64,000 nt of DNA from Candidatus Babeliales bacterium (lineage in GTDB: Bacteria; Babelota; Babeliae; Babelales; Vermiphilaceae): assembly GCA_963743635.1 (NCBI GenBank), contig CAVUQO010000002.1:530568-594567 (forward strand). Reading direction: 5' to 3'. Below, in pieces: positions 1-10,924 of this stretch. The notes beneath the pieces were generated by a model. The model was not told where the DNA came from. It did no database searches and saw only the letters and a list, made by a program, of their open reading frames with translations. Each line of letters opens with the position of its first letter. The stretch's first letter is position 1. The position numbers and the translations under genes are program-made.

Positions 1-417
1 TCCGCCTAGGCAAGCACTGGTGGCAATGAGTCCCTCAGAATATTCTTCGAGCACATTGTAATCGATGCGTGGTTTAAAGTAGAAGCCTTTTTGGAATGAA
101 AAAGAGATCAGTTTGCAGAGATTTTTATATCCTTGTTCATTCTGCACGAGAAGAATTTGGTGATAATATTTATTTTGCGCGTTTTTAATGCTCGCATCTT
201 CAGTAAGATACGCCTCAATACCTACAATCGGCTTAATGCCGGCCTTTTTGCATTTCTCAAAAAATTTGACCGCGCCAAAGATGTTACCATGATCGGTAAT
301 AGCTAATGCTTTGAGGTTTTGTTCTTTGCCGAAGGCAACCAGCTTATCAAGCGATATGGCACCATCCAGCAATGAATGATCAGTATGCAAATGCAAATGA
401 GTGAAATGTTTTGACAT
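1..417 (-). CDS. dnaE: DNA polymerase III alpha subunit, N-terminal PHP domain (partial, runs off window start)
   Basis: Manual translation from ATG at 417: MSKHFTHLHLHTDHSLLDGAISLDKLV...ALAITDHGNIFGAVKFFEKCKKAGIKPIVGIEAY, the typical DnaE N-terminus. Confidence 0.95.
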   Translation of the reverse strand, partial: MSKHFTHLHLHTDHSLLDGAISLDKLVAFGKEQNLKALAITDHGNIFGAVKFFEKCKKAGIKPIVGIEAYLTEDASIKNAQNKYYHQILLVQNEQGYKNLCKLISFSFQKGFYFKPRIDYNVLEEYSEGLIATSACLGG

Positions 418-498
418 GCCAAAAAATGTTTTGAGTTTACAATATAGGATTTGAGACGGTATTAGTGTAGGTCAAAACGGGCAAAAAGTGTAGAAGAA

Positions 499-1392
499 TC
501 ACACAATGTTCTGTGTTTGTTCACGCGCTTTTTCAAGTTCAACTTTCACGTTAATGGCAAGAGATCCGATCGTTGCATCGGAACATTTTGCTGCAATGGT
601 GTTAATTTCACGTGCAAGTTCTTGCAGGGTGAAATCGAGTCGTTTACCTTTTTCGATGGAATCTGATTTCAGATGCGCGGTGAGACTTTTCAGATGAGTT
701 TTGAATCGAACGATTTCTTCGTGGATGTCCATTTTATCAAGGAGCGTATACAGCGTGTTTTTATGAAAATCATTCGCTTTGGTTTCATCTTCGGTCATCT
801 CTTTGAGCGCAGCATGAAGTTTTTCTTTTTGTGCTTCCATCAGACCAGCAGAATTGTGTTCAATAGTCTCGATCTCTTTTTGCATGATCGCAATGCGTTG
901 AGTGATATCTTCATGCAATGTTTTACCTTCAACTTCTTGCGTTTCAATAACTTCATCAATCAGTTGTTTTGTGGTTTGTAAAATCAGTTCCGTTGATGCG
1001 GCATCAAGACTTTTTTCAGCGAGATTAAAGACGTTGGGCAGCTGAAGAATGTTATCTAGTGTGAGCGATCCTTCGAGCTTGCAGTCCTTTTTTATGATAT
1101 CGATTGCGTGTAAATATTCATGTACGATTGAAAGGGATGGTTCAACAACGCTTTTAAATGCATTGGGCGTATTAGTATTGATCGTAAAGTAGATGTGTCC
1201 GCGATAGAGATGCTGCTTGAGGAGTTTGGTAATCTCTGTTTCAAGATTACTAAGCGGGTAGGGCAATTTGCAGGTTACTTCAAAAAAGCGAGAATTGAGT
1301 GATTTAAGACTGATGGCAACTTGGGCTTTGCTCCCATCTTCAAGGGTAAACACTAAGCTCTTGGTCGCAAAACCGGTCATACTTCGAATCAT
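499..1392 (-). CDS. yicC: YicC/YloC family endoribonuclease
   Basis: MIRSMTGF start, SLNSRFFE, and C-terminal GKRLDFTLQELAREINTIAAK...ELEKAREQTQNIV. Confidence 0.92.
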   Translation of the reverse strand: MIRSMTGFATKSLVFTLEDGSKAQVAISLKSLNSRFFEVTCKLPYPLSNLETEITKLLKQHLYRGHIYFTINTNTPNAFKSVVEPSLSIVHEYLHAIDIIKKDCKLEGSLTLDNILQLPNVFNLAEKSLDAASTELILQTTKQLIDEVIETQEVEGKTLHEDITQRIAIMQKEIETIEHNSAGLMEAQKEKLHAALKEMTEDETKANDFHKNTLYTLLDKMDIHEEIVRFKTHLKSLTAHLKSDSIEKGKRLDFTLQELAREINTIAAKCSDATIGSLAINVKVELEKAREQTQNIV

Positions 1393-1405
1393 AAACGCCT
1401 TTTAG

Positions 1406-2123
1406 TTATACGAGGTTTGAGAATACATTTTGCACATCATCATGATCTTCAAGTTCAGTCAAAAACTTGTAGACTTCTTCACTATCCGAATCAGAAAGTT
1501 CTATGGTGTTTTTAGGTACCCATTCAAGATCAGCGCTTTCGATTTTAAATCCTAATTTAATAAGCTTGTCTTTGATTGGTTCAATGGATTTAGGATTGCA
1601 ATAAATAGAGAAGAATCCTTCATCATTTTTAATTTCATCCACATCATATTCCAGCAGGTGCTCGAGTAAATCATCTTCAGTGATACCTTGCTTTTCGGCG
1701 CGTACTACACCTTTGCGTTCAAACATCCAGCTGACGGTTCCAGTTTCCCCCAAGCTAGCGCCATGAGAGGTAAAGAGTCTACGAATTTCGGCAACGGTGC
1801 GATTTTTGTTGTCAGTTAAGCGCTTCGATTACGATGGCAACATTATGTGGGCCATAGCCTTCATACATAATGTGCTCATAATTTGCGCCAGTGGTATCGC
1901 TAGTGCCGCGCTTGATGGCGCGTATTGCATTTTCTTGTGGCATATTGATTGCTTTGCTTTTATCCAAGAGCAATCGTAAGCGTGGATTGCCAGCAGGATC
2001 TCCGCCGCCAAGTCGTGCACATACCGATATTTCTTTGATAAGTTTGGTAAACGCTTTGCCGCGTTTTGAATCTTCTACTGCTTTTTTTCGTTTAATGGTA
2101 GACCATTTTGAATGACCGGACAT
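1406..2123 (-). CDS. yebC: YebC/PmpR family protein, split by a 1-nt frameshift near 1815
   Basis: [14 protein letters not shown]...YEGYGP in ORF 1812-2123 and [11 protein letters not shown]...[13 protein letters not shown] in ORF 1406-1753; removing one A in CTTAACTGAC restores EALTDNKNR. Confidence 0.93.
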
Positions 2124-2235
2124 AGCCAGTTTCTCCTGACCAACATATATAATGTATAAAATACTTGTTTTGTTAATATCCTATCGTTTTATACTCGAGA
2201 TGTCGAATGGTTATACCACATAACAGGGAGGAAGT

Positions 2236-2538
2236 ATGACTAGACGTTTTTTACTACTATTGAGTGTCACGTGTATGGGGTATGCGATGAATAATGGCCG
2301 GTTTGCTGATGCGATAAATGGGCGACAGTACAATGAAAATCAGAGGTTATTGAATAGACAGCGCGATCAAGAAAACTGCGTGCAGGCTGTCGTGAGGTAT
2401 TGCACTGATCGTCGCGCTGGTGCATTAATAGTGTGTGGTAATTGTTTGTGTGCAGGGCTTATTGGGGTGGCATGTTGGCATGCAGGGTGTGTAGATGCAG
2501 GACAGGCGAGTCGAATAGTTGCACAGGTAATGCAATAA
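2236..2538 (+). CDS. Small secreted/membrane Cys-rich hypothetical protein
   Basis: RBS (agggagga), signal-peptide-like N-terminus ending GYAM, Cys-rich hydrophobic C-terminal segment. Confidence 0.7.
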   Translation: MTRRFLLLLSVTCMGYAMNNGRFADAINGRQYNENQRLLNRQRDQENCVQAVVRYCTDRRAGALIVCGNCLCAGLIGVACWHAGCVDAGQASRIVAQVMQ

Positions 2539-2552
2539 AAGGGGGATGGCCA

Positions 2553-2945
2553 ATGCGTCTTTTTCTATTGGTGGCTCTGAGTAGTTCATGTTTGAGTTAC
2601 GGCATGAATGACAATAATAATAACAATAATAATGGGTATTGCAGTGAGGTAGCGATGCAATATTGTTGTGGTCTTTTGACGGAAAGTATTATCGCGCGAT
2701 ACAGTGCAGAGCGGCAAGCGCTCTTAACTCTGGGAATATACAGCAATCTCCGAGTATCGGGGAGCGTACGTGCCGTGCATGTTGTGCTCGCCATTGGGGC
2801 AAGATATGTTGCTGCTGCTCGTGTTGTTGTGTATCGGTTGCTGGTGGAGCAATTGCGTTTGCGGGAGGGCATAAGGCGGGGTGTTGATGCGATGAAGAAA
2901 AGTGCTAATACGGGCGGTAATGCAGTAGTTTTTAGCGCAAAATAG
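2553..2945 (+). CDS. Paralog of 2236-2538 with a poly-Asn tract; probably two compensating frameshifts (about 2727 and 2885)
   Basis: MRLFLLVALSSSCLSYGMNDNNN; the alternative frame over about 2727-2885 (...KICCCCSCCCVSVAGGAIAFAGGHKAGC) aligns by eye with the C-terminus of the upstream gene. Confidence 0.6.
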   Translation: MRLFLLVALSSSCLSYGMNDNNNNNNNGYCSEVAMQYCCGLLTESIIARYSAERQALLTLGIYSNLRVSGSVRAVHVVLAIGARYVAAARVVVYRLLVEQLRLREGIRRGVDAMKKSANTGGNAVVFSAK

Positions 2946-3954
2946 TATTTTGTCCCAAGAAACGCTGCTTTAAGAGCGCCAATTTTTTGGGGGAATTTGT
3001 CGGCCGCGGGGTGTTTTTTCAAGATAGCCTTTTTGCATAAGAAACGGTTCATAGACCGCCTCGATGGTATCTTTATCTTCACCAATAATTGATGCGAGTG
3101 TTTCCAATCCAACAGGGCCGCCATTAAAATGTTCCATAATTTTTTGCAGAAGCATGAGATCAACTTTGGTCAGACCTTCGGCATCGAGTGCCTAAGAAAG
3201 TCAAGTGCTTCATTCACCAATTTTTCATCGGCAATATTTTGATTGTTAACTTGCGCGAAATCTCGCACTCTGCGCAAAATTTTCTTTGCAATGCGGGGTG
3301 TTCCGCGTGCACAGCGCGCAATTTGAGCGCTGATTGCATCGATAATTCAAGTGCAAGAAAACGGGCACTTTGCAGAATAATGTCGCGCAGTTCTTCATCG
3401 TTATAAAAATCGAGTCGTTCAATAATGCCAAAGCGGCTGCGCAATGGCGCGGAAATCATACCACTTTTGGTGGTGGCGCCGACAAGCGTAAAGGGATTGA
3501 TCGGTAGATTGATCGATTTTGCGCCTGCGCCTTGACCAATAATGACGTCAATCCGAAAATGTTCCATCGCATTGTAAAGCACTTCTTCAACATTGCTAGG
3601 CATGCGGTGAATTTCATCAATAAATAAAATATCGCGTGCATCTAAACTGGATAAAATGGCCACCAAATCGCCGGTGCGTTCCATCATGGGGCCACTGCAA
3701 ATTTTAATATTGGTGCCCATAACGTGTGCCATAATTTGTGAAAGCGTAGTTTTACCAAGTCCAGGAGGCCCGAAAAGCAGCAGATGATCGAGCGGTTCAT
3801 TGCGCATTTTTGCAGCTTGCGTATAAACTGCTAATTTTTCCTTGAGCTCTTTTTGCCCCAAATAATCATCAAATGTTTTGGGGACAAAATCGTGTGTTTT
3901 TTCTTCGGGAGTTTCGTGGAGGGTCAGAAACTCAATACCGTTGATTTCTTCCAT
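2932..3954 (-). CDS. ruvB: Holliday junction branch migration helicase RuvB, frameshifted in the 3' third
   Basis: [31 protein letters not shown]...PLRSRFG; C-terminal [10 protein letters not shown]...[18 protein letters not shown] lies in another frame (2970-3155); the end coordinate is inferred. Confidence 0.95.
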
Positions 3955-4193
3955 GGATGGCACTTTTGATTAAAGGGTTGCACTTGGAATGGAGTGTATA
4001 CCAAAGCAGTATGGTTGTGAAATGATATGCATGATTTTTGCAAATGCGTTGCAAAAATTTTTGACGAGATAGTAGATTGGTTTCAGCCTTAGAGCCTATA
4101 TTTTTTATGATCATATTTATTGAGGAAATATACTTCTGGAGCTTGTTTTTTGCAAATGTTCTTTAGATTGAATTCACGTTAAGGTGGGTAATT

Positions 4194-7100
4194 ATGTTTC
4201 TTAAATTCTCGAAAAATTTTCAGATGTTTTTCATCTGGGGTGTAATCGAAAGCTTATTGCTTTCAGGCTCTCTTTTGGCCGCTACAATTCAAGTCACCAA
4301 TACCGACGGTGGGTCATATCTACCTGGTTCTCTAGGCCTTGCTATTCAGCAAGCCCAAGATGGTGACATCGTCGACTGTTCACCTATCGCCGGACAAACA
4401 ATCAGTGTGTCAGGGGAGCGCCTATCACCAATTGTATCTTCTTGCACTATTTTGGGCAGTGGCGTGATCATCGATGGCGGCAGTGAATATCCCGTTTTCT
4501 CGTCAGCCCAAGGCTCGGCTAGCATTACTGATTTCATCATTCAAAATGGGCTTTCGCAAGGCGGCGCTGGAGGTCTTGGGCAAACCGGCGGGGGCGGCGG
4601 AACCGGTGGCGGTGGTGCTCTTTATATACACTCAGGCACTACTTTGACCATCTCTGCAATAAGTCTCAATACCAACCAAGCCATTGGTGGTGCTGGCGGC
4701 GCTGGTAACACCGGCGGCTCTGGCGGCGGCGGTGGCGGTTTTGGCGGTGGGAGGGGTGGCGTTTCGACGCATACTGGTTCTACTGCTGGCGCGGGCGGTG
4801 GCGGCGGTGGAAATAATGGTGGATTCATGGTGGACTCAAGGGGCTGGGTCACCCAATACGTTTTGCAAATTATGCCGGTGCTGGCGGTGGCGGGGAGATT
4901 CCTTCTGAATATGTGCCTGCGGGACACGGAGGTAGCGTTGCCGCTACTTATACGACTCCTGCCATAAATGGTGGAGGGGGGCTCGGGCAGCGCAACTAAT
5001 GGTGCAGGAGGCGGAGGCGGCGCTGGCTCGGGTGGAAGCGGTTCGCAGGGTTCTGATTCGATCGATGAGGGGGGAAGTGGTATAGGGGGTGCTGGCGGTT
5101 TAGGCATCGGCGCTGAATTATGGTGCTGGTGGTGGAGGCGGCGGCGGAAATGGCGGTGGCGCAGGCCATGGCATAAGTGGCGGTGGCGGAGGATTTAATG
5201 GTCCTGGAGGTTCGGAGGTATTTTGGGCGGCGGAGGCGGTGCTTCAAGCAGTAGTGCGGGTGGCAATGGCGGTTTCGGTGCGGGCGGTAGGCGGAGGCCA
5301 TGGTGGTGGCGTCGATATTTATGGCCTCGGTGGAGCGGGTGGCTCAGCAACAGACGAGCCTGCAGGCGGCGGCGGAGGATCTGGACTTGGCGGAGCCATA
5401 TTCATTCAAAAAGGGGCCCAACTCATCATTCAAGATGGCGTCAGTTTTTCTGGCAACTCGACGACCGCTGGAATGGGCGGTACAGCAGCGGGATACGGTA
5501 GTGGAGAAAATGGATCTTCTCTTGGACAAGATATCTTTATCCAGTCGGGAGGAAGTCTTAACTTTCAGGTCAATGGTGCATTAATACTTTCCAATCCAAT
5601 TGAGGGAGCGGGTTTTTTATCCGAAGCCACGGAGCCTGGACTCATTAAATCGGGCACGGGGACTGTTAGTCTGACTGGTGCTAATACTTATCTGGGCGGT
5701 ACCCTCATTCAATCGGGAACATTGAACTTGAATGGATCTGTCAGTGGAGATGTGAATATCGAATCAGGCGGCACATTATCGGGCAATGCAATTGTTAATG
5801 GTAACATCTATAGTAATGGATCGATCTCACCAGGTAATTCGATCGGCGAAATTTTTACTACCGATCTCTATTTATATCCTACAAGCATCTATAACGTCGA
5901 AGTCAACTCTGCAGGCGATAGCAATATAATCACTGCGTCTGGATTCGCTCAGATTGGCGGTGGTGTCGTAGTGAGCCCTGATAATTTCAATTTCACGACG
6001 CCACTTACCTACACCATCATCAGTACGAGCACCGGCGTGATCGGAGAATTTTCTTCGCTCACCAGTTCCGTTCCATCTCTCATGAGTTTGATTTATAACC
6101 CTCTGACCGTTCAACTCACTTACTTGCCGTTAGATGCCATCGGTCTTACATGCAATGCGCGCAACGCTGCAAACTGTTTTGCTACGCTTTCAGCGCTTCC
6201 AGGGTCAGATGCAGCAACGATCAGCAATGCTTTGCTTGCTTTAAACTTTGATAGCATCGAGGCAGCCTTTGAACAGATGAGTCCTGCGCAGTTTTCGGGT
6301 CCTACAGAAGTTCAACTTCTCGATGCCATCCTCGTTCGTTCTACTTACACCAAACATTTGCAAAAATTTTGTTTCAATCAAGATCCGTATTATGAACAAC
6401 CGCTCAGTCTTTGGATCGATGGCATTGCTCAATGGCAGAATCAAGGAAATCCATTTGGATATAAGGACACCACTGCCGGCGCTACGATCGGCCTCGATTA
6501 CTTCATTCGTGACTGGCTCTTGGGATTGGCTTTCAGCGTCACGAACGATCACTGCCATTTGAAACAGTGCGCTGGCAAAGCCACTATTAACAGCTATTAC
6601 GGAGGATTATACGGCTGTTGGAATCGCGATCGATTTTATCTGAATGCCGCCGTTCTCGGCGCGTTCAACAAATATAAGACCACGCGCCAACTCAATTTTG
6701 GCACCATCGAACGATGTGCGTACTCTCAACATAATGGGAATGAGTGGTTGCCTCATGTGGGCTTTGGGTATCAAGCGCGCTCGCCTCATTTCCAGTGGAC
6801 TCCTTACCTCAATCTCGATTATGTCCTAGAGCATGAGCAGAGCTACACTGAAAGTGGCGCTGATAGTCTTAACCTCCACGTGAACTCCAAAAATGCAAGA
6901 CTCTTTCAAGGAGAGGTTGGAATTTCTCTGAGCACTACCTATGAAGCTGGTAATGGCGTGTTTATGCCAATACTTAGTTTGGCGTATATAAACCAAACTC
7001 CTTGCGCGAGCAAACAGTACGGTGCAAATTTCGTAAATTCTTGCTGCTCGTTTACTGGTAAGGGCGGGAACTATGAACGAAATTTATTTGTCCCTCGTCT

Positions 7101-7209
7101 GGCTTTCATTTATCAAGGTTTCTGCGATGTCTCGATCTATTATGACGGCCAGGTAGGTAATAAATACTGGGCTCAAGACGTGGTATTTGATCTCACGTTC
7201 CATTTCTAA
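4194..7209 (+). CDS. Autotransporter with Gly-rich passenger, PATR-type repeat and C-terminal beta-barrel; several frameshifts in 4830-5300
   Basis: Signal peptide, GGxGGGG runs across several frames, LIKSGTGTVSLTGANTYLGGTLIQSGTL repeat, SISPGNSIG, barrel ending ...FDLTFHF. Confidence 0.85.
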
Positions 7210-7210
7210 T

Positions 7211-8320
7211 TTAAATGTGCATATCAATATAGAATCTGCGCATTGAAATGCCATTTAACCAGCCGAGTGATGCAAGTGTAATCCATAAATTACTCACGCC
7301 GTAACTGATGAGCGGTAGCGGGATGCCGACGATGGGCAGTAAGTCAGTTACCATGCAGATATTAATGAGTGCCGAAAATACGATATGCATCAAGAGTCCT
7401 GTGGCAAGGACTTGAATTGCCAAGTGCTTGATGGTAGCTACCATGGCAAAGAGGCGAGAAAAGAGCAGGATGTACAGTAAGATAATGATTAGTACGCCGC
7501 AAAAACCAACCTCTTCTGCAATCACTGCAAAAATAAAATCGGTACGACTTTCAGGTAAAAAAAAGAGCTGGTTTTGAGTGCCTTGTAAGAATCCTTTGCC
7601 GGTCATGCCGCCCGATCCAATGGCAATTTTTGATTGTTCAATTTGATAGCGCTCTTTCTGCGAGCTGCCATAACCGAAAAATACGAAAATGCGTTGCTGC
7701 TGATAGGGTTTGAGGCAATGCCATAAAACGGGTGCTGCAATGGCACATGCCAAAAAGCCGCAGATGAAAAACTGCTTATCAACGCCGGCGACCCAGAGCA
7801 TGCTGAAGGTAGCGAATACTAAAATTAGTGCGGTGCCCAAATCTGGTTGTTTAACGATTAATAAAAAGCTGATAGCAAGGAGTATAAAGATGGGGATGAA
7901 ATCTTTGAACGTTAGTTTGCGTTCATAATGGGTGTAAAGGTAATAGCCAAAAAATGCCGGAAAACATAATTTTGTAAGCTCAGATGGTTGCACTTTAATA
8001 ATACCCAAATTAATCCATCGCTGCCCACCCATGCCAATATGCCCCTTAATAATCGTAAATATTAAAAGTCCGATGAGGATGAAATATGCAAAATATCCCC
8101 AACGCATAAGCGATCGATAATCGGTGAACACAAAGATGAGATAGATGATAAATCCAGAGATGCAGCCAATGAGTTGCTTATAAAAGAAGGTAGAGTAGGG
8201 CTGATCAACGCGATACGTTGCGCTGTAAACTGCAACTAAACCGATGCCAACCAAAATGAGCGTGAGTATGAAACTCACCCAATCAAAATCGCGTATATGA
8301 TAACTTTTTATACGTGCCAT
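7211..8320 (-). CDS. rodA: Rod shape-determining protein RodA (SEDS family)
   Basis: GGQRWINLG...QPSELTK, QPDLGTA, YQIEQSKIAIGSGG, LPESRTDFIFAVIAEE, GIPLPLISYG. Confidence 0.93.
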   Translation of the reverse strand: MARIKSYHIRDFDWVSFILTLILVGIGLVAVYSATYRVDQPYSTFFYKQLIGCISGFIIYLIFVFTDYRSLMRWGYFAYFILIGLLIFTIIKGHIGMGGQRWINLGIIKVQPSELTKLCFPAFFGYYLYTHYERKLTFKDFIPIFILLAISFLLIVKQPDLGTALILVFATFSMLWVAGVDKQFFICGFLACAIAAPVLWHCLKPYQQQRIFVFFGYGSSQKERYQIEQSKIAIGSGGMTGKGFLQGTQNQLFFLPESRTDFIFAVIAEEVGFCGVLIIILLYILLFSRLFAMVATIKHLAIQVLATGLLMHIVFSALINICMVTDLLPIVGIPLPLISYGVSNLWITLASLGWLNGISMRRFYIDMHI

Positions 8321-8438
8321 TAAAAAACCTTTAGTATTGAGATGCTACTAGGATAGCCTGATTTTCAGTTATGTACAAAATGATGATAGTGTATTATGGT
8401 TGCTGTATTGAGCATTGATTTGTTTTAAGGGGTCATTA

Positions 8439-8882
8439 ATGAAAAATGTGATGTTGAGCATGATGTTATTTAGTGCATTTGCTTTAAATGCAATGGATGG
8501 CAATAATTTTGAAGGTGGGCGTGATCTAGAAGCGGGCACCGCCATGTCCGATTTTAGCAATCATCACATTCAAATGCTACCGGCGCATTATCCATCATTG
8601 ACTCCGGAAATAACGCCGCATGCATTGCTTTTAGAGCATCAATATCAAGACCATTCGCCATCAGCATCGCCAACGACGCTGTTGAATGTCTATGTGCCTC
8701 AAGCGGTCGATAATAATGCCGAGAATCGCTATTATATCCATGGAAATCGATTGCTTCATTATGTGCGAATTCCTTTTTTGCATAATGAGACAAAAATGTA
8801 CGGAGCGGGGTTAGCTGTATTTGCCCTTGGTGCGATAATAGGATTGAAAGCGAGTCCTTGGTTGAACGGATGCAATCAATGA
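8439..8882 (+). CDS. Secreted hypothetical protein with a C-terminal transmembrane segment
   Basis: Signal peptide ending ALNAM; C-terminal hydrophobic helix YGAGLAVFALGAIIGL. Confidence 0.7.
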   Translation: MKNVMLSMMLFSAFALNAMDGNNFEGGRDLEAGTAMSDFSNHHIQMLPAHYPSLTPEITPHALLLEHQYQDHSPSASPTTLLNVYVPQAVDNNAENRYYIHGNRLLHYVRIPFLHNETKMYGAGLAVFALGAIIGLKASPWLNGCNQ

Positions 8883-8888
8883 TGATTG

Positions 8889-9713
8889 TTAGATTTGGCA
8901 AATTTCAACTGATTCATTAACTATCGCTTCGATTTCTTTTTGAGAAAATCCTAATTTTTTTAAAATGTGAGCATGCTTTTCTACGTCATGACACAAGACC
9001 ACATTTTCTCCTATGAGCATTCTCTTTTGACTTCCACTCAAACTCGTGAGTGCCGTGACCGGATGCAATCCATATTTGGCCACAAGGTCGGGCAAGGACT
9101 TGCCCTCGGGGTACGACCATCCAAGGAGCTGAATGTTTCGACATTCGGCAAATTTGATGGCTTGCGTGGTGAATTTGGTATTGGTCACGATCCATGCTTG
9201 GTGAAATTCTGGCGCTCGCTTTTTTCCCCATGCTTCCTTTACATCATCAAATCGCGCTTTGACGTAGAGTGATACTTTTACATCGCATTTCAAATCCTGA
9301 CGCCCGTGAAATTTACATTCAACCATATATCGTTCGTTATTGTTGGTGCAAATGGCATCGATTTCATGGTCGACGCAGTGGCCCGTCACAATTTCATTCG
9401 TGGTTACCGTATATCCTTCTTTGCGAAACAGGTCGGCGATGTATTGCTCGAAGGGAAATCCTGCGGGTCCTAATTCAAGGAGTGCTTGCTTTAAGCTATA
9501 GCGGCCGCCAAATGATGGTTTTGTCTTTTTCAAATGGCTGTATGCAAATTCGTAAATCTTTTGCGTGGTACGCAAGTCCGTATTTTTTGTAACTTCTTCA
9601 AGGATTTCTTGAATCAGCTCTTCCGGCGCTCTTGATTTGCGCAGAGACCGTTTTAATTTTTCCGGATCGAATAATTCTTTCTCACCCGACATTTTCGTTA
9701 TATAAAAGGACAT
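8889..9713 (-). CDS. ATP-cone domain plus Mrr-like PD-(D/E)xK restriction-endonuclease-fold protein
   Basis: N-terminal ITKMSGEKELFDPEKLKRSL (ATP cone); GFPFEQYIADLF...HEIDAIC...MVECKFH (nuclease motif). Confidence 0.8.
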   Translation of the reverse strand: MSFYITKMSGEKELFDPEKLKRSLRKSRAPEELIQEILEEVTKNTDLRTTQKIYEFAYSHLKKTKPSFGGRYSLKQALLELGPAGFPFEQYIADLFRKEGYTVTTNEIVTGHCVDHEIDAICTNNNERYMVECKFHGRQDLKCDVKVSLYVKARFDDVKEAWGKKRAPEFHQAWIVTNTKFTTQAIKFAECRNIQLLGWSYPEGKSLPDLVAKYGLHPVTALTSLSGSQKRMLIGENVVLCHDVEKHAHILKKLGFSQKEIEAIVNESVEICQI

Positions 9714-10462
9714 TGTTCACCACCATGCGTAATAGTTGGGGTATTTTGTTCACGCTCTCAAGGGTAGCCGCGAAAGAGGTCTGATGTAAATAGTAGCGTA
9801 TTTGAACTCTCAAATAGGTTTAAGTAGTGAATGGATTCTTGTTGCAAAAAGAGGGCCCAACCTGTCGGCAGGACCATGTCCATTTTTCAGCATGAAAGAA
9901 TACGGGGTTTTGGGCGCCGCGTTGCCACAGTGATGCTCTCTGGAAAGAGCGTTAAAACTGTGCATAATATGCGCGAGTGCAATAAAAGCAACGCGTTTTT
10001 GAATTATCAGCCTGCACGGTGTTGCGAGTGTCTTTTTGTCTCATTTGTAATGATTTTAAAATATTTTTTTTTAATTTTAACATTAACTATGTGAAAGGTT
10101 TTTGATTTATCAAGGTTCGGTGACGCTTGTTTTTGCATTTTTGAGGATGTCAGGCAGAAATCTGTGCTTTTTGTGCTTTTGGTGTGCTTGCTTATAACTT
10201 TTTTTGAGTTATACATGGATTAATATATTAAGAAAAACTTTAAATATTGAGGGATTTTTGTGCGGATAAATGAATAATGCAGGCAGCGATCTAATCCAGG
10301 CTTCATTTGTTCAGTCTGCGCTTCCTGCGGAAGCTACTTCTGACAAGCCGGCCTGTCCGACATAGCCGTAGGCGACGACGGAACTTTCTATTCGCATGAA
10401 GACGAGGACAAAAACTAAGTTTTTTTATGCGAATGAAACGCCATATAACTGGAGTAAGAGAC

Positions 10463-10810
10463 ATGAAACCAATCAAAATCATAGGATACCTCCTCGTGAT
10501 TGCAGCGCTTGAAGGGGCGGTGCAAGAGTATCTGAGGATGACCGCATCACATGCGAAAGAGGATCCTTATTATTATGGGGATTATCATAATCCCGTGCGA
10601 AAGGATGATCGAAAGAAGGAATCGACTCATTCATGGTACGAGATTGTGTTGGCGATCATGCAGAGCCTGTGGGCGATGTTGGTTCGCACTGTACAATCAA
10701 TGTGGCATGCTATTCGCGAATGGGTTGAACTTGTACTGATAGTTTTTGAATGTTCAGAACTCGTTCATAAACTTGCAGGACGGTTCAATTTGTGGGGAGG
10801 ATTGCAGTAG
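10463..10810 (+). CDS. Hypothetical protein
   Basis: ORF with a ggag RBS and hydrophobic N-terminus MKPIKIIGYLLVIAAL. Confidence 0.55.
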   Translation: MKPIKIIGYLLVIAALEGAVQEYLRMTASHAKEDPYYYGDYHNPVRKDDRKKESTHSWYEIVLAIMQSLWAMLVRTVQSMWHAIREWVELVLIVFECSELVHKLAGRFNLWGGLQ

Positions 10811-10871
10811 GTGCGTGTGCGGGAAAGGGTGCGCCTTGAATGGCGCATTCTCCTTGCGCAATGAGATTAAT

Positions 10872-10905
10872 AAAAAAGGCTCTCTTCAAACAAAGGGAGC
10901 CTTTT
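10872..10905. terminator. Intrinsic terminator, related to those at 11624 and 14206
   Basis: aaaaaaggctctctt...aaagggagcctttt hairpin with A/T tails. Confidence 0.7.
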
Positions 10906-10924
10906 AAACTGAGTGCTGAGGATG

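Noticed and set aside
4622..5107. Pro-rich ORF on the minus strand
   Set aside because: Antisense shadow of the Gly (GGN) codons of the autotransporter.
9714..10430. Long non-coding stretch as oriC or ncRNA
   Set aside because: AT-rich with one near-match DnaA box (about 10261) and a repeat at 10320-10383, but no fold or box cluster I can support.
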